Assembly (NCBI GenBank): GCA_024137785.1
Contig: JAHRHZ010000085.1
Span: forward strand, 2,463,456 to 2,524,487
Reading direction: 5' to 3'
Length of the DNA: 61,032 nt
Origin: Ginglymostoma cirratum
Taxonomy: Eukaryota
Part shown: piece after piece, positions 12,151 through 25,660 of the stretch
How the letters are laid out: each line of letters starts with the position of its first letter
How positions within the stretch are numbered: the stretch's first letter is position 1
Made by a program: the position numbers and the translations under genes
The notes under the pieces: generated by a model
What the model was told of the DNA's origin: nothing
The model's database searches: none
Seen by the model: the letters and a program-made list of their open reading frames with translations, nothing else

Positions 12151-13894
12151 GATGGTAAATGGTCTTTGTTGAGTCATGAGGGGAGACAATGGCCTAGTGG
12201 TATTTTCACTGGACTGTTTGTCCAGAGACCTAGATAATGTTCTGGACACCTGGATTCAATTCCCACCATGGAAAATAAGAAATGAAGAACCACTATCATG
12301 ACTGGATAAGGCAGGATTGCAGAGCTTAGATTTGATCCATTGGTTGTGAGATTGCTTAGATCTGTCTATCACTTGCTGCTTATCATGTTTGGCACACAAG
12401 TAGTCATGTTTGGTAGCCTCACCAGCTTGATAAGTCATTTTTGTCTTTACCTAGTGCTGGTCCCAGCATGCCATCCTGCACTCTCCATTGAACAAAGGTT
12501 GATCCCCTGGCTTGATGGTAATGGTTGTGTGAAGCTATGCCAGGCCATGAGCTTGTAGATTGTGTTGGAGTACAATTCTGCTGCTGCTGCTGATGGCCCA
12601 CAGTATCTCGCGGACATCCAGTGTTGAGGTGTTAGATCTGTTCGAATGACCCTGTCACACAGTAATAGTGCCACACAACACAATGAAGGCTATTCTCAAT
12701 GTGAAGGCAGGACTTTGTCTCCACAACAACTGTTTAGTGGTCACTCTGCTGATCATGTCTTGAACAGATGAATCTGTGATGAACAAATTGGTAAGGGTGA
12801 GATCAACAATGCATTTTCCTCTTGTTGGTTTTGTCATAACCTGCAGTAGACCCAGTCTAACTGCAATGTCCTTTTGGAATCAACAACTCAATCTGTCGTG
12901 CTGCTGTGACTAATCTTTGTGGTGGATATTGAAACCGCCACCCAGAGTACATTCTGCACCCAAGTGTTTGTCAAAAGTCTGGCCAACATGGAGCACTGTT
13001 TCAACAGTCGAGGGAGATTTCCTTGCCCAGGTTTGATCTGATGCATTGACACATCATGGGTATCTGGAGTCAATGTTAAGGACTCCCTGCCACTGTACAC
13101 CACTGTGCTTCCACCTCAGCTGTACCTGTCCTGGCTGTGAGATTGTGATGGTGGTATCTGGGACATTGTCTGTAAGGTATGATTCCCTGACTATAACTGT
13201 GTCAGGCTGTTGCTTGACTAGTTTATGTGACAGCTTCCTAAACGTTTTGCACTCATCCTCAATTTTTTGTGAGGAGGACTTGACAGGACCAGCAGAGCAG
13301 TTTTTGCTGTTGTCATTCCCAGCACCTAGGATGATGCAAAAGATCTCTCTGGTTTCATTTCTTTTTGTGATCTTTTCATGGTTAATACAATTGAGTGGTT
13401 TCTGAGGTCACTCCAGATTCAAACATGCTTCTGTGGGTCTCAGGTAACATGACCACAGCATCTTTCAGCCTGAAAAGGCTTCAGATGGAACTTTGCTGGA
13501 ATTTTTGTTTTTCTATTCATTTGTGGGATGTGGGTGTCACTGGCTAGGCCAGCATTTCCTCCCCATCCCTAGTTGCCTTTGAGAAGATGGTGGTGAGCTG
13601 CCTTCTTGAACCGCTGCAATTCGCTTGCTGTTGGTTGACCCACAATGCTATTAGGGAAAAAATTCCAGGTTTTTGAGCCAGCGACAGTGAAGGAACAGCG
13701 ATATATTTCCAAGTCAGGATGGGGAGTGACTTGGAGGGGAACTTAGAAGCGGTGATGTTTCCATATGTCTGCTGCCCTTGCCCTTCGAGATGGAAGTGGT
13801 TGTGGGTTTGAAAGGTGCTGCCTGAGGATCTTTAGTGAATTTCTCCAGTGCATCTTGTAGATAGTACACACTGCTGCAACTGAACGTCAGTGGT
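11665..13894 (-). mobile_element. Fragments of the same L2/CR1-group LINE family as 9400-10620
   Basis: Reverse complement of the LINE 3' end (gagctgccttcttgaaccactgca) at ~11727 and ~13595, plus internal ORF2 pieces. Confidence 0.7.
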
Positions 13895-14358
13895 TGTGGA
13901 AGAATAATTAAAGTGTCAAGAGCAATTAGATGAAGCATGTAGCTATGGCTTAGAATTAGAGGTTGGAATGATGGGAAAATGGGTCAAGTAAGAGATATGT
14001 GACACGCTGTTGCATATCTGTAGAATACTTAGAACCTATTGATTCAATCTTGACCCAAAGCTTAAGACACGTTCCGCTTAAAGATAACTTATCAGCAACC
14101 ATAAGTTGTGGAGCCTTGACGTATTTCATGTCATATGACCTGCCTTAAGGAGATGTGATAAACTGTGTACATGCTTATCTGCTTGTAACAACAGTCTCAA
14201 TCTATAACGGCAGGTATAAGTATTGCCTCGTTTTTGTACTGATCGGAGACCACGGACCTGACCTTTTGTCAGCATTGGCTGCCCATGATATCACGAATAA
14301 AACCTCTTTCCCTCGAAGTCTGAAGCTCCAGTGTGTGACTAAATTAAAATCTTCGACA
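13895..14358 (+). mobile_element. Solo LTR
   Basis: TG...CA ends with imperfect inverted termini TGTGGAAGA...TCTTCGACA, TATA-like gtataag at ~14214, AATAAA at ~14296; no clean TSD. Confidence 0.65.
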
Positions 14359-14359
14359 A

Positions 14360-15690
14360 GGAGTTAGTTCAGAACAACTAGGAAAAAGCTTACCTGAGTT
14401 TGAGGGATTTAAGTTCGAAATTCCAGACCCTAAATCTTTGGTTAGAACGTAGAAGGTGATACTTAAAGCTGAGAATATCGAAGTATTTTTGTGTGAATAA
14501 TCAAGAGAGAGAAGCTGTCAAACTGTCATGACCAGGAATTGAAATAAGCAGTTAAGTCAAACATATAGATGCGAGAGGGAAGAAAACACTTTTTGGTGCT
14601 GCAGCACAGTTAAGCGATAGGTTAATATCTAAAACGTGCGTTTCTAAACTGTTTAAAATGCGATACTTCTAAATAGCTTGGATTATTCTCTTTTCTCTTC
14701 ATATAGAATAGAAGAATCATAGAATCTCTACAGTGTGGAAGCAGACCATATGACCCATGGAGTCCTCACTGAGCCTCTAAAGGGCATCCCTTCCAGACTC
14801 ACCCCCTCACCCTATCTCTGTAACCCTGCATTAACCGTGACTAATCCACCTAGCCTGCAAATCCTTGGACACTATGGGCAATTTAGCATGGCAAATCCAC
14901 CTAAGTTGCACACCTTTGGACTGTGGGGGAAATTGGAGGACCTGGTGGAAACTCATGCAGATGCAGGGAGAATGTACAAACTCCACACAGACAGATGACC
15001 AAGGGTGGAATTGAGCCCAGGCCCCTGATGTTAACCACTGAGCCACCATGCCACCCTTGTGTGTATTCGTGTGTAATAAAGTATTTTAAAATGTTTTTGG
15101 TCAGATGAATCAGCATCATTGTATTCATGTGTTTCAGTGGAAGAATACCTCAGAAAACTCAAGGATAATATATTTTCTGTGAAAACTCAGTTATGGGATG
15201 TGCCTGTCACTGGTTGGACCAGCATTTATTGCCCATCCATAGTTGCCCATGAGAAGCTGAGCTGCCTTCTTGAATCACTGCAGTCCATGTGTTGTAAGAT
15301 GACCCATAAAGTCATTAGGGAGGGAATTTGAGGAGTTTGATCCAGTGGCAGTGAACGAATGGTTATATGTTTCCAAGTCAGGATAGTGAGTGGATTGAAG
15401 GGGACCTTGCAGCTAGTGGTGTTCCCACATATCTGCTGCCATTGTCCTTTGAGACAGATGTTGTTGCGTGTTTCAAAGGTGAAGTCTAAGGAATTTTAGT
15501 GGACCTGTACAGTGCATTTTGTGAATGAAACACACTGATGTTACTGATTATCAGTACTAGAGGGAGTATATACTTGTAGGTTACCAAACGAGTGGGTTGC
15601 TTTGTTCTGGGATGGGGTGTGGAGCTTTTTGAGTGCTCTTGGAGCTGCATTCATCCGGGTAAGTGGGGAGCATTCCATCACAGTCTTGTG
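14360..15690 (+). repeat. Copy 2 of an old local segmental duplication
   Basis: Collinear with 10826-12150. Confidence 0.85.
14710..15057 (-). mobile_element. HE1-type SINE
   Basis: Same core, at the position equivalent to the 11160 copy within the duplication. Confidence 0.85.
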
Positions 15691-17320
15691 CTGTATAGAT
15701 GGTGCAAAGTCTTTGGACACTCGGGAGGTGAGTTACCCCCTGCAGAATTCTGAACTGATGTTATAGTGATTGTATTTAAACGGTAGTCCAGTCAGTTTCT
15801 GGTCAATGATAAACGCCAGGGTGTTGCCCATGAGGGATTCAATGATGGAAATGACATTGAATATTAAGGGATTGTTTCTCACTGGAGATGGCCATTGCCT
15901 AACATTTGTGTGGCGCAAATGTTTCTTACAATTTATTCCCTCGCAGTGGATATTGTAGAAGTCTTACTGAATATAGATGTACACTGCTTCAGTACCTGAG
16001 CAGTGAATGGTATTAACTGTTGTGAAATCATGAATGAATGTTCTCAATTCTCATTTTATCATGGAGGGAAGATCATTAATGAAACAGGCATAGAAGGTTG
16101 GGCCTAAGGCACTACCCTGAGGGTCTCCTGCAGAAGTTCCTAGATGGGGGATGACTGTTGTTCGACCACCACAGCCACCTTACCTTGTGCCATATGTGTC
16201 TCCAATCAATGGAGAGCAATCCCCCGATTCTCATCAATTCCATGTTTACTCAGGTTCCTTGATGCCACTCTCAGTAAAATGTAGCCTTGATGTTAAGGGC
16301 TATCACTCTCACCTCGGACCTGTAATTCAGATCTTTTGCCTATGTTTGAACCAAGTCTGTATGAGGTCAGGAGCTGAGTGGCACTTGGCAAAGTGATAAT
16401 CACTGAACAGGTATTGCTCAGCAGGTGCTACTTGAGAACATTGTTGTTGACACCTTCCATCGCTTTACTGCTGATCGAATGTATGCAGGGGGCAATAATT
16501 GATTAGGTTGAATTTTACCTCTGTTGGTGAATGAAATTACCTGGGCAATTTTCCATGCTATCAGGTATTTGTAGCTATTCTGGAACAGCTTGGTGAGGGG
16601 TGTATCAATTTCTGTAGCACCTGTCTTCAGTGCTATTGCTGGAATGTTCTTAGGGCCGATAGCCTGTGCAGTATACACTGTTTCCAACTGTTTCTTGATA
16701 TTACGAGCAGTGAATCGATTGTGTGAAGACTGGCATCTGTGATGGGGTTCTCTGTAGAAGGCTAAGAAGGGTCACCCACGAGGTACTTCTGATGAAGGCC
16801 GCAGCATATCCTTCAGTCTTATTATTTGCCCTGATGAACTCTGCTCTTTCCTCATTGAGGATGAAGGTACCTGTGGAGCCTCCTCCTCCTGCAGTGAGTT
16901 ATTTAATTGTCCACCACCGTTCATGACTGGATGTGACGGGACTGTAGAGCTGAGATCAGATCCATTGGTTGAGGGATTGTTTAGCTCTGCCTATCGTTTA
17001 ATGTGTATATTGTTTGGCACACATGTAGTCCTGTTTGGTAGCCTCACCTAATTTTTAGGGAGGCCTGGTGCTGCTCCTGGCATGTCCTCCCGTGATCCCC
17101 ATTGAACCAGGTTCAATCCACCTGCGTGGTGGTAATGTTTGAGTGAGGCTGCGCCAGACCATGAGTTTGGAGATTGTGTTGAAGTTCAATCCTGCTGCTG
17201 CTTATGGCCCACAGCGACTCATGGATGCCCAGTCTTGACCTGCTAGATCTGCTCAAATAACCCTATTGCATGATGATGGTGCCACACGACACAATGGAGA
17301 GTATTCTTAACGTGAAGGCT
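15190..17320 (-). mobile_element. Degenerate L2/CR1-group LINE ORF2
   Basis: Minus strand reads AIGPKNIPAIALKTGATEIDTPLTKLFQNSY...WKIAQV (LINE RT N-terminal region). Confidence 0.8.
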
Positions 17321-17680
17321 CTGTTCTTTGTTAAATCAGGGACTTTAATCCCACAAGTGCCATTGTTTGTTATGATTCCAGTGATGTTGTTCTTGAACAT
17401 GTGAGCTCCCAGACTGAAACAGGCTTGATTGATCATAATAATAATAGGGGAAAGGACCGTGGTGTGATCTGGAATAGTAACCTGATTAACAAATAATGTT
17501 TTGGGCACCAAATATTTTGAATCCTGCTGTGGTTCCGATCAAACATGTTTTTGTGAGTTTTGCGTAACATGACCTCAGCAGCTTCCTGCCCAAAAGGTCA
17601 TCGGATGGATCTTAGTAACTGGTATGTAGTTGTTCTTATCAGTGAACCTAACAACAGCAAAGCAATTCTTTGATTTTTGA

Positions 17681-17866
17681 GATAAAAGGTACTGCAGATG
17701 CTGGAGAATCCGAGATAGCAAGCATGGGGCTGGATGAACACAACAGGTCAAGCAGCATCATAGGAGCAGGGAAACTTGACGTTTTGGGCCTAAACCCCAA
17801 CGTCAAGTTTTCCTGTTCCTATGACGCTGCATGACCTGCTCTGTTCATCCAGCCCCATGCTTGTTA
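17681..17866. mobile_element. Penelope-derived inverted (fold-back) insertion with ~14 bp TSD
   Basis: tctttgatttttga at 17667-17680 and 17867-17880; the two arms are reverse complements. Confidence 0.85.
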
Positions 17867-18374
17867 TCTTTGATTTTTGAAGTTGATTTTGAATTCTGTT
17901 AAGAGTTTTGTGGAAGTGGAATGTATGACAGTGGATAAGTAAAAACTTGGGTAATGCTAAACTAAGAAGGATCATTAATAAATTGGAGATGGAAGACAAA
18001 GCAGGATGAAGAAATGATGCAGAATTTCAAATTGCTATTCAATATTTCCAAATGGAAGAAGGGAAACAGAAGTTTTGATGTCAAAACTGGAAGAAAGTAA
18101 GGTACAACAACAAACGAAAACGAAACACTTTTTGGAGAAAGACAAAGCAAAGTGAAAAGACATGAATTAGGAGGAAAACAGTCACAGGGAAAGAGAGGAG
18201 AAAGAAAAAGTCAATAATGAGCAGCGAGATCAATGTGAGTAATGCAAATGTAAATCAATGTACAAAACTTGAAATGAAAAGTAAGAAGAAGAAAAGGCAG
18301 AGGAAGACAAATTATGAAATAAATGCTTGAACTCCACAGGGATAGAGATCATAAGATATAGGAGAAGAAAGAAT

Positions 18375-18715
18375 AGTAGCTCGATGGTTAGCAATGCTTC
18401 TCATGATGCCAGGGTCCCGGGTTTGATTTCAGTCTCAGGTGACTGTCTGTGCGGAGTGTGCACATTCTCTCCATGTTGTGTGTTAGTTTTCATCAGGTGC
18501 TCAAGTTTCCTCCCACAATGCAAAGATGTGCATATTTGGTGCATTGGCCATGCTAAAGTGTCTGTAATGTCCAGAGACAAGTAGGTGATGTGGATTAACC
18601 TTGGTTAAATACAGGGTCATGGGGATAGGGTATGAGTTCGGGTGGGATGTTCCTTGAAAAGTTGGTGCAGACTTGATGGGGCAAAAAGCCTCTTTCTGCA
18701 CTGTAGGCATTCTAT
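18375..18715 (+). mobile_element. HE1-type SINE
   Basis: tRNA-like head, core gactgtctgtgcggagtgtgcacattctct, tail gcactgtaggcattcta. Confidence 0.85.
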
Positions 18716-18729
18716 AATACTAACACCAT

Positions 18730-19235
18730 TTCACCAATAAGTCTGCTTGCTATTCAATGATATCATGTTTGCCTGGTCCAATCTCAGCAGCTGTCAGTGG
18801 TAAAGAAACTCCACTGATTCACTAACCACAAGAGAAGAAATTACTCTTCAACTCTGTCATACATGGGTCAATGCTGAGGTGTGAGATAACGCCCTCTGGT
18901 CCTGGACTCTCTCACAGGGGTAAAAAACCTTTCTGTATATAAGTCGCCGAGCTCCTTACGAATATTATATGGTTTAAGAAGTTTGCCTTTCATTCCTCTA
19001 AACATTCCTCTAATAGGGACCAGCCCATCCTATTCAAGCTCTCCTCATAAGAAGATTCCTCCATGTCAAGATCAACACAGTGAAATTTCTTCAGCCTGCC
19101 TCCAATGTCAGTGCATATTTCCTCAGATAAGTGGACAAAATTGTTCACAGTTATCTATGTGTGGTCTAACTAGTTTTGGAATGACTTCCCTGTTTTTATG
19201 TTCCATTCACTCTGAAATAAAGGACACCATTCCAT
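18730..19235 (-). mobile_element. Old CR1 3' fragment
   Basis: Decayed match to the CR1 3' end seen at 38771-39625. Confidence 0.6.
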
Positions 19236-19413
19236 TTGATAGGGGAGGTGGTGATATAATAGTAATGTCACTGGATTAGTAATCAAGAATCCCAGGCCAA
19301 TGTTCTGGGGACATGGGTTCAAATCCCACCATGGAATGGTGAAATTTGCATACAGTAAAATCTGGAGATAGAACCTAGCCCAATGAGAATGATGTCAATT
19401 GTTGTAAAAACTT

Positions 19414-21240
19414 CATAAGACCGTAATACCAAAAGATACAGAGGCAGAATTAGACCATTCGACCCATTGAGTCTGTTCTGCCATTCAATTGTGGCTGATA
19501 CGTTTCTAAATGCCAATGTTCTGCTTTCTCCGCATAGCCTTTGATCACCTTACCAATCAAGAACCTATCTATCTTTTTCTTAAATGCACTCAATGACTTG
19601 GCCTCCACAGCACTCTGCAGCAATAAGTTCCACAGATTAACCACACTCTACTGGAGAAATACTTACTTATCTCAATTCTAAAGAGTCATCCTTCAAACCA
19701 GCTGCACTGTCGGCTCCTACTCTCTCCTATGAGTGGAAACTACTTCTCTACATCCACTCTATCTAGGTATCTCAGTAGTATGTAAAGTTCAAAAAGATCC
19801 CTTCATCTGTATAAATTCGTTTGAATTTAGACCCAGCATCCTCAACCACTCCTCATATGACAAGCCTTTCATTCCCGGGATCATTCTTGTCAACCACCTC
19901 TGGAACCTGCCTGACACTAACATATCCTTCCTTAGATACATGGCCCAAAACTGCTGAGGATATTCCCACTGTGATCTGACCAAGCCTCATACAGTCTCTA
20001 GTTTTGTGTTTTAGCCGTCTTGAAATGAATGCAAACAGTGCAGTTGACTCCCTAACCACTGACTGAACCTGCAATGTTAACCTTAAGAGAATCCTGAGCT
20101 AGGACTCCCACGTCTCTTTGTGTCTCAGATTTCTGAAACATTTCACCATTTAGAAAACAGCCTGTGCCTCTATTCTTCTCATCAAAGTGCATAACCTCCC
20201 ACTTTCACACATTGTATTCCATCTGCCACTTCTTTGCATGCTCGCCTAGCACATTTATGTCCTTCTGCAGCCTTCCCATTTCCTCAACACTGCCTGTCCT
20301 TCTACCTACCTTTTTGTCTTCTGCAAAAGTACCAACAATTCCCCCTGTTATTTTGTCTATATGATTAACATATAACATGAATAGCTGCGGTCAAAAACAC
20401 TGACCACAGCAGAGGTCCACGAGTCAGTAGCTACCATTCTGAAAAAGCCACCTTTATCCCCACTCTCTGCCTTTTGCCAGTCAGCCCATCTGCTGCCCAT
20501 GCTAGTGTCTTTCCCTAACACCATGGTTTCTTACTTAGCAGCCTCCTGTGCAGTATCTTGTCAAAGGCCTTCTGGAAACCCAAATAGATCAGCTCCACTG
20601 ATTCTCCTTTGTCGAACTTGCTTGTTACCTCCATGAAGAATTCTAACAGATCTGTCAGGCATGAACTCCCCTTGATGAAGCCATGCTGACTCAACCATAT
20701 TTTACCATGCACTCCCAAGTACTCCACAATCTCATCCTAAATAACGGTCTGTAAAATCTTACCAAACAACAGAGTTCAGGCTGACTGGCTTATAGTTTCC
20801 AATCTTCTGCCCCCTTCACTTTTTAAACAGGGGTGCTCCATTAGCCATTTTCCAGTCCTCTGGGACCCTTCCTGGCTCCAGTGATACCTGAAAGATCACT
20901 AACAATGCCTCTACGATCTCCTCAGCTATTTCGTTCGGAACCCTGGTTTGTAGTCCATCTAGTCTACATTCTTCGTCCACCTTCACAGCTTTCAGTTTCC
21001 CCAGCACCTTCTCCTTATTGATCTCCATTACACTTATCTCTGCCACTTCAGTCTGTTGAAGTAATGGTATGCTACTGGGGTGTTCCACTGTGAAGACAGA
21101 GGCAAAGTACCTATTCAGTTCCTCCTCCATTTCTTGCTGCCCAATACTGCTTCTCCAGCCTCATTTTCAAGGAGTCCAAAACACTTCCCATTCTCTTACC
21201 TTTTCAATATCTGAAAAAAATCTTGTAATCTTCTTTTCTA
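19414..21240 (-). mobile_element. 5'-truncated CR1 LINE (RT domain and 3' end)
   Basis: SQHGFIKGSSCLTDLLEFF...LIYLGFQKAFDKILH; EELNRYFASVFTVE...RVPEDWKMAN. Confidence 0.92.
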
Positions 21241-21244
21241 AAAT

Positions 21245-22700
21245 TGCGGGGAGACAGCATGTGAGGCTGCGAGAGGGTACACGTATGGGGGGATTGGAGA
21301 ATGGGGAGAGGGAGCGTTCAGGGTGAGCCAGGTAGTGAAGTTGGCAGGGTGAGAGGAATATTTGTGAGGGAGCAAGACAGGTCAAAGCAGATGGATCTAG
21401 AGACGATAGTGAGAGGAGTGGGGTCAGGGAGGAGGTGAGGCTGATGAGGAAAAGAAATATGAAATAAGAGGGACACATGAGGAAATGATAGCGATAGAAA
21501 GGGAGAGGGGGTGAATGAAGTTTCTAAATGGTGGAGAGAGATAGGAATAGGTTTGAGGGGGAAATTTGTGTGAGGGAGAAAGAGTGGACGAATGGTAGGA
21601 AATGTGAGGGAAGGGATAGAAGGAAGAGGAGAGGGAGTCAGAGACGGGGACAGCAGTAAGAGGGGAAGAGAGTGAGAGGAAGAGTGAGGGATGGGTCAAG
21701 GGAGAGGGGAATGTGAGAAAAGGAAGAGGAGAGAGAAGGGAAAACATAGGTAGGGATAGAGATTGGTTGGAAGTGAAGATGAGATAGAGGGATAGAGTGA
21801 GGGAGGAATGAAAAGGGGGGAGAGTGCAGATGAGGAAGTGTGGCTGGGGTGTGATGGGGAGGTTGAGAGAGCAAATCAGATGAATAGGATGAGGGTGATA
21901 GAGGGGACAAGTGAGGATTAAAGGAGAGTGAGAGGGTGTGGTGAAGCAACGGACAGAGAGAATGCGAGAAACAGAAAGAGGGTGTGGGAGTGGACAGGAA
22001 GACAGAGAGGGCAACGGAGAGAGTACAAGGAGGAACGGAGAGACAGAGTGAGGAGCAGAGAATAAGAGGGATGGAGGAGGAGGAAGAAGTGGCTGAGAGA
22101 AGCAGGCGGAGTAGTTGAGCAAGGATGAGGGTGAGAGTGCGCAGGAATTGAGGAAGAGAGGTTGGAGAGGTGTGGAGAGTCGGCTTGAGACACAGGGACG
22201 AGTGTTGGGTAGGATTAGGGGAGAGACAAAGAGTGAGGTGTTGAGAGAAGACGAAAATGGGAAAGACAGAATGAGAGTCAAGTAGAGATAGAGGGCAGAG
22301 GATAAAGGAAGTGGAGGGAGTGCAGGCGGGAGAGAGCTTAGGGGTGTTGGAAGAGTGCAATGGATGGGGAGAGGAATGTTGGTGACAGAATGAGTGCATA
22401 TTCGGTACAGAGGGAAAGAGGGAGATAAGACGGCAGGAGAGAGGTGTGGAGAGAGGAAGAAAGCACACGATAGCTCAGATTGTGGGAGAGGCACTGACTG
22501 GCGGGGGAGAGATGGTAGGATACAGTGAGAGAGAAAGGGCAAGAAATAGGAGTGCAGAACAGAGAATAGCAAGAATTGGATGGACAGAGTGTGGGGTTAG
22601 TGAAGGTGATATAGGAAGGAAAAAGGGCCTGGGAAGGTGAGAGGATAAGGAGTCAAGGAAGGGAGAGAGAGGCAGGTGAGGGATAGGCAGGAGGAGAGAT
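21245..22700 (+). repeat. Polypurine (G/A-rich) low-complexity tract
   Basis: About 1.45 kb dominated by G and A with no clear period; it produces the spurious minus-strand L/S/P-rich ORFs. Confidence 0.9.
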
Positions 22701-23439
22701 TTGACAGTTTGGGATTGTTCTATATGCAGAGAAGTTGACCAAGAGGGGTTCTCAGAATGTTCAACACTATAAAAGGTCTGGATAGAGTAAATGGGGAAAT
22801 TGTTCCCATCATTGACAGTAAATTGGTTAATTGGAAGTAAATTAGTTTCCTTTTAAGTTGCCATGGAGGGAATAGTCAGGCTTTTAATAAAGATAGATAC
22901 ATGTGGGTAGATAAAAGATGTAGACGAAGACATATCTCTTCAGATGCAACATAAAGAGTGAAACTGGGAGTAAGGATTCGATATTTCAAAGTGTGTCTTG
23001 GGCATCAAAACATTAGACTGGAATCCAATATGGACTTTAATGTGGTCCTCTATGTTACTCCCAGCACTGTGGGTAATATATCCATTGTGAGCAGTTAGAT
23101 TGATTCAAAAAGTCAATACTTTCATGTTTGAAATAAAAGCAAAGAGAAGTGTTTATCAAACAATCTGGAGAATCAGACAAAGTGTCAGTGAAGATGAATA
23201 CATTAAACAAACATGATTATGAATTGAATGATTCTTTAAGGTGACTGTACAGTTAGGCTTAGGTCTATTTTGGAGAAACTCAGATGATGCACAGACAGCG
23301 ATGTATTGCAATGTTCCTCTGACATTACAAAGTGAAACTTGCAGCCATCTTTATGATGCTTTTCAAAAACTTGCTGTGAGACACCCCAGAGCCCACCACC
23401 TACATTTCTAACCTATGTAACAATTGGTCTGTGACAGTT

Positions 23440-23910
23440 AAGAATTCATGCATGCCAAATGGTATATGCAGCAATTGATAGACATGGTCATCAATTTCAC
23501 AGTGAACAGTTCGGGTGTATAATTTTCAGCACAACCATATTTAATTTTTGAGAGGTGTTGAACAATGAAACAACTTACTGGAGTGGGAGTTTCCACAAAT
23601 ATTCTCAATTTCAATGATGTGGGAGCCCAACACATTACTGCAAAAGGTGAGGCTGAATCATTTGCAACAAACTTCAACTATAAGTGCTGAGTGGATGAGC
23701 ATATTGGCCTCCTCCAAATGTCTAAAGCATCACGAATACCTGCCTTCAGCTGATTTGATTCAGTCTACATGATCATACTAATGCTGCAAAGGTTATTGGC
23801 CCTGACAACAGTCCAGCTGTCTCTCTGAAGAAGTGTGCTCCAGATATGGTGGGATGGTAAGCCAAGCTGTTCCTGTCGAGCTACATCACTGGATTCTATC
23901 AGACAATGTG
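23440..23910 (+). mobile_element. L2/CR1-group LINE fragment
   Basis: Reverse-complement match to the LINE at ~16550-17030. Confidence 0.6.
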
Positions 23911-23919
23911 GAGAATTGA

Positions 23920-25660
23920 AACAAATAAAAACAGATTGTGCAGTGACAGGACAATGTGGTGAGGGGTCACCAACAACGTGACATGAACCCAAGGTCACCA
24001 TTGAGACTGTCTTCATGGGTACAGAATTTGGCAATCAATCCACCTTGGAGGGCGTTTAGCTGAAGATTGGAAACTGAATGCTGTTGACAGCTGAAGCGTT
24101 CCCTGATTTTGTATGGTGTCCATTCATCCATTTCTATTGTGTCTGCATGGTCTCGCCAATATACCATACCTCGGGGCATGCTTGTCTGCAGTGTATGGGT
24201 TAGACAGCATTGGCCGAGTCACATGAGGATCTGCCGTGATGTGGTGGGTTGCGTTCCCACATGTGACGAGATGCTCCTGCTCATCAATGACATGTTGAAG
24301 GCTGCAAAGAACATGGCATAGTTTCTCCGCTCCAGGGAAGTACTGGGCGATGAAGGGTACTCTTTTGGTCATATCCTACGTCTGCCTTCTGAGGAGGTTG
24401 TTGCGGTTTTTCACCATGCATGTTGGAATTGGCGATCGAGGAGTTGAGAATCATGTCCCGTTCCTATGAGGGCTTCCTTCAATACCCTCAGGGGTCCGTC
24501 AAATTCCTCCTCATCTGATCAGATCCTGTGTATACATGGGGCTTGTCCCGAGGGAATGCCTTTTTTAATATGTTTAGGGTGGAAGTTAGAGAAGCGCAGC
24601 TTTCTGAGGTTATCTGTGGGCTTGCAGTAGAGTCAGGTACTGAGGTGTCCACGCTTGATGGAAATGCATGTGCCCAAGAATGAAACTGATTATGAAAAGT
24701 AGTCCATGCTCAGACTGATGGTGGGGTGAAACTTGTTGATATCTCTGTGTATTTGTTTCAGTGATTCTTCACCATGAGTCCAAATTTGGATTCGGCCTCT
24801 GATCTTCAGGTAAGCATCCTCTGCAGCACATTTCAGGATACACAATGACGCACACTTAACGAGCAGAGATTGAAAGCCAAGTTCTGTACCCATAAAGACA
24901 GCCTCAACAGTGATTTTGGGTTCATGTTGCCCTCCGGGTTACCCCGCCACACTGTTCTGTATCTGTAAAATCTTCTTTACTGTCATGTCTTGCCATCATT
25001 ACCTCTCTCTTTCTCTCTCTGTCTCAAACACACACACACACACACACACTCTGCCTCACACACACATGAACACATAAATCCATGCGGTGAATCACTTCAT
25101 TCAAAACGTTTGTCTATTTGCTGATGCTTTCTGTTTTGTTCAAAAATGTAATTTATAGTCACAGTCAGTCTGTGTGGCATTTTATAAATTCCTGCTTTCC
25201 GAATGAAATCAGCCTGATTTCAGGTTAGAACACGGAGATGAATTCTGAAGAAGGCCTCACACCTACAATTCAGTGTCTGACTTGAGATGCCACCTTTTGT
25301 ATCTCCACCTGAGTGAAGTTTGGAAAGTTGGGCAGACAAAGATAAAAACCTTTAATTATCTTGGGGCAGTGGCTTGAAACAGATCCTGTAAAGTGTATCT
25401 TAATCAATTGAAACTTGCGTTTCCGGTCCAACAGAGTTCTCCATTGTCCATTTTAAGCTTGTTCACTCCACTCACCACCTGTATGAACCTTTGATCACTC
25501 TGCCTATAAACTCTGTGTCTGTGTGTGCTCTCTCACTGCGCCTGATGAAGGAGCTTTGTTGCGAAAGCTTGTGATTTAAATAAACTTGTTGGACTATAAC
25601 TTGGTGTCATGTGATTTTTGACTGTGTTCTCCCCAGTTAAACACCAGCACCTCCACAAAA
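23920..25660. mobile_element. Penelope-like element of a second family: minus-strand RT fragment + plus-strand pseudo-LTR with (CA)n and hammerhead core
   Basis: IWTHGEESLKQIHRDINKFHPTISLSMDYFS and RVPFIAQYFPGAEKL on minus; ctgatgaaggagc...cgaaagctt at 25542-25570; second partial copy at 60178-60640 (-). Confidence 0.75.

Noticed and set aside
21424-22572. 382 aa and 276 aa minus-strand ORFs
   Set aside because: Artifacts of a pyrimidine-rich strand lacking stop codons; L/S/P-rich with no domain.
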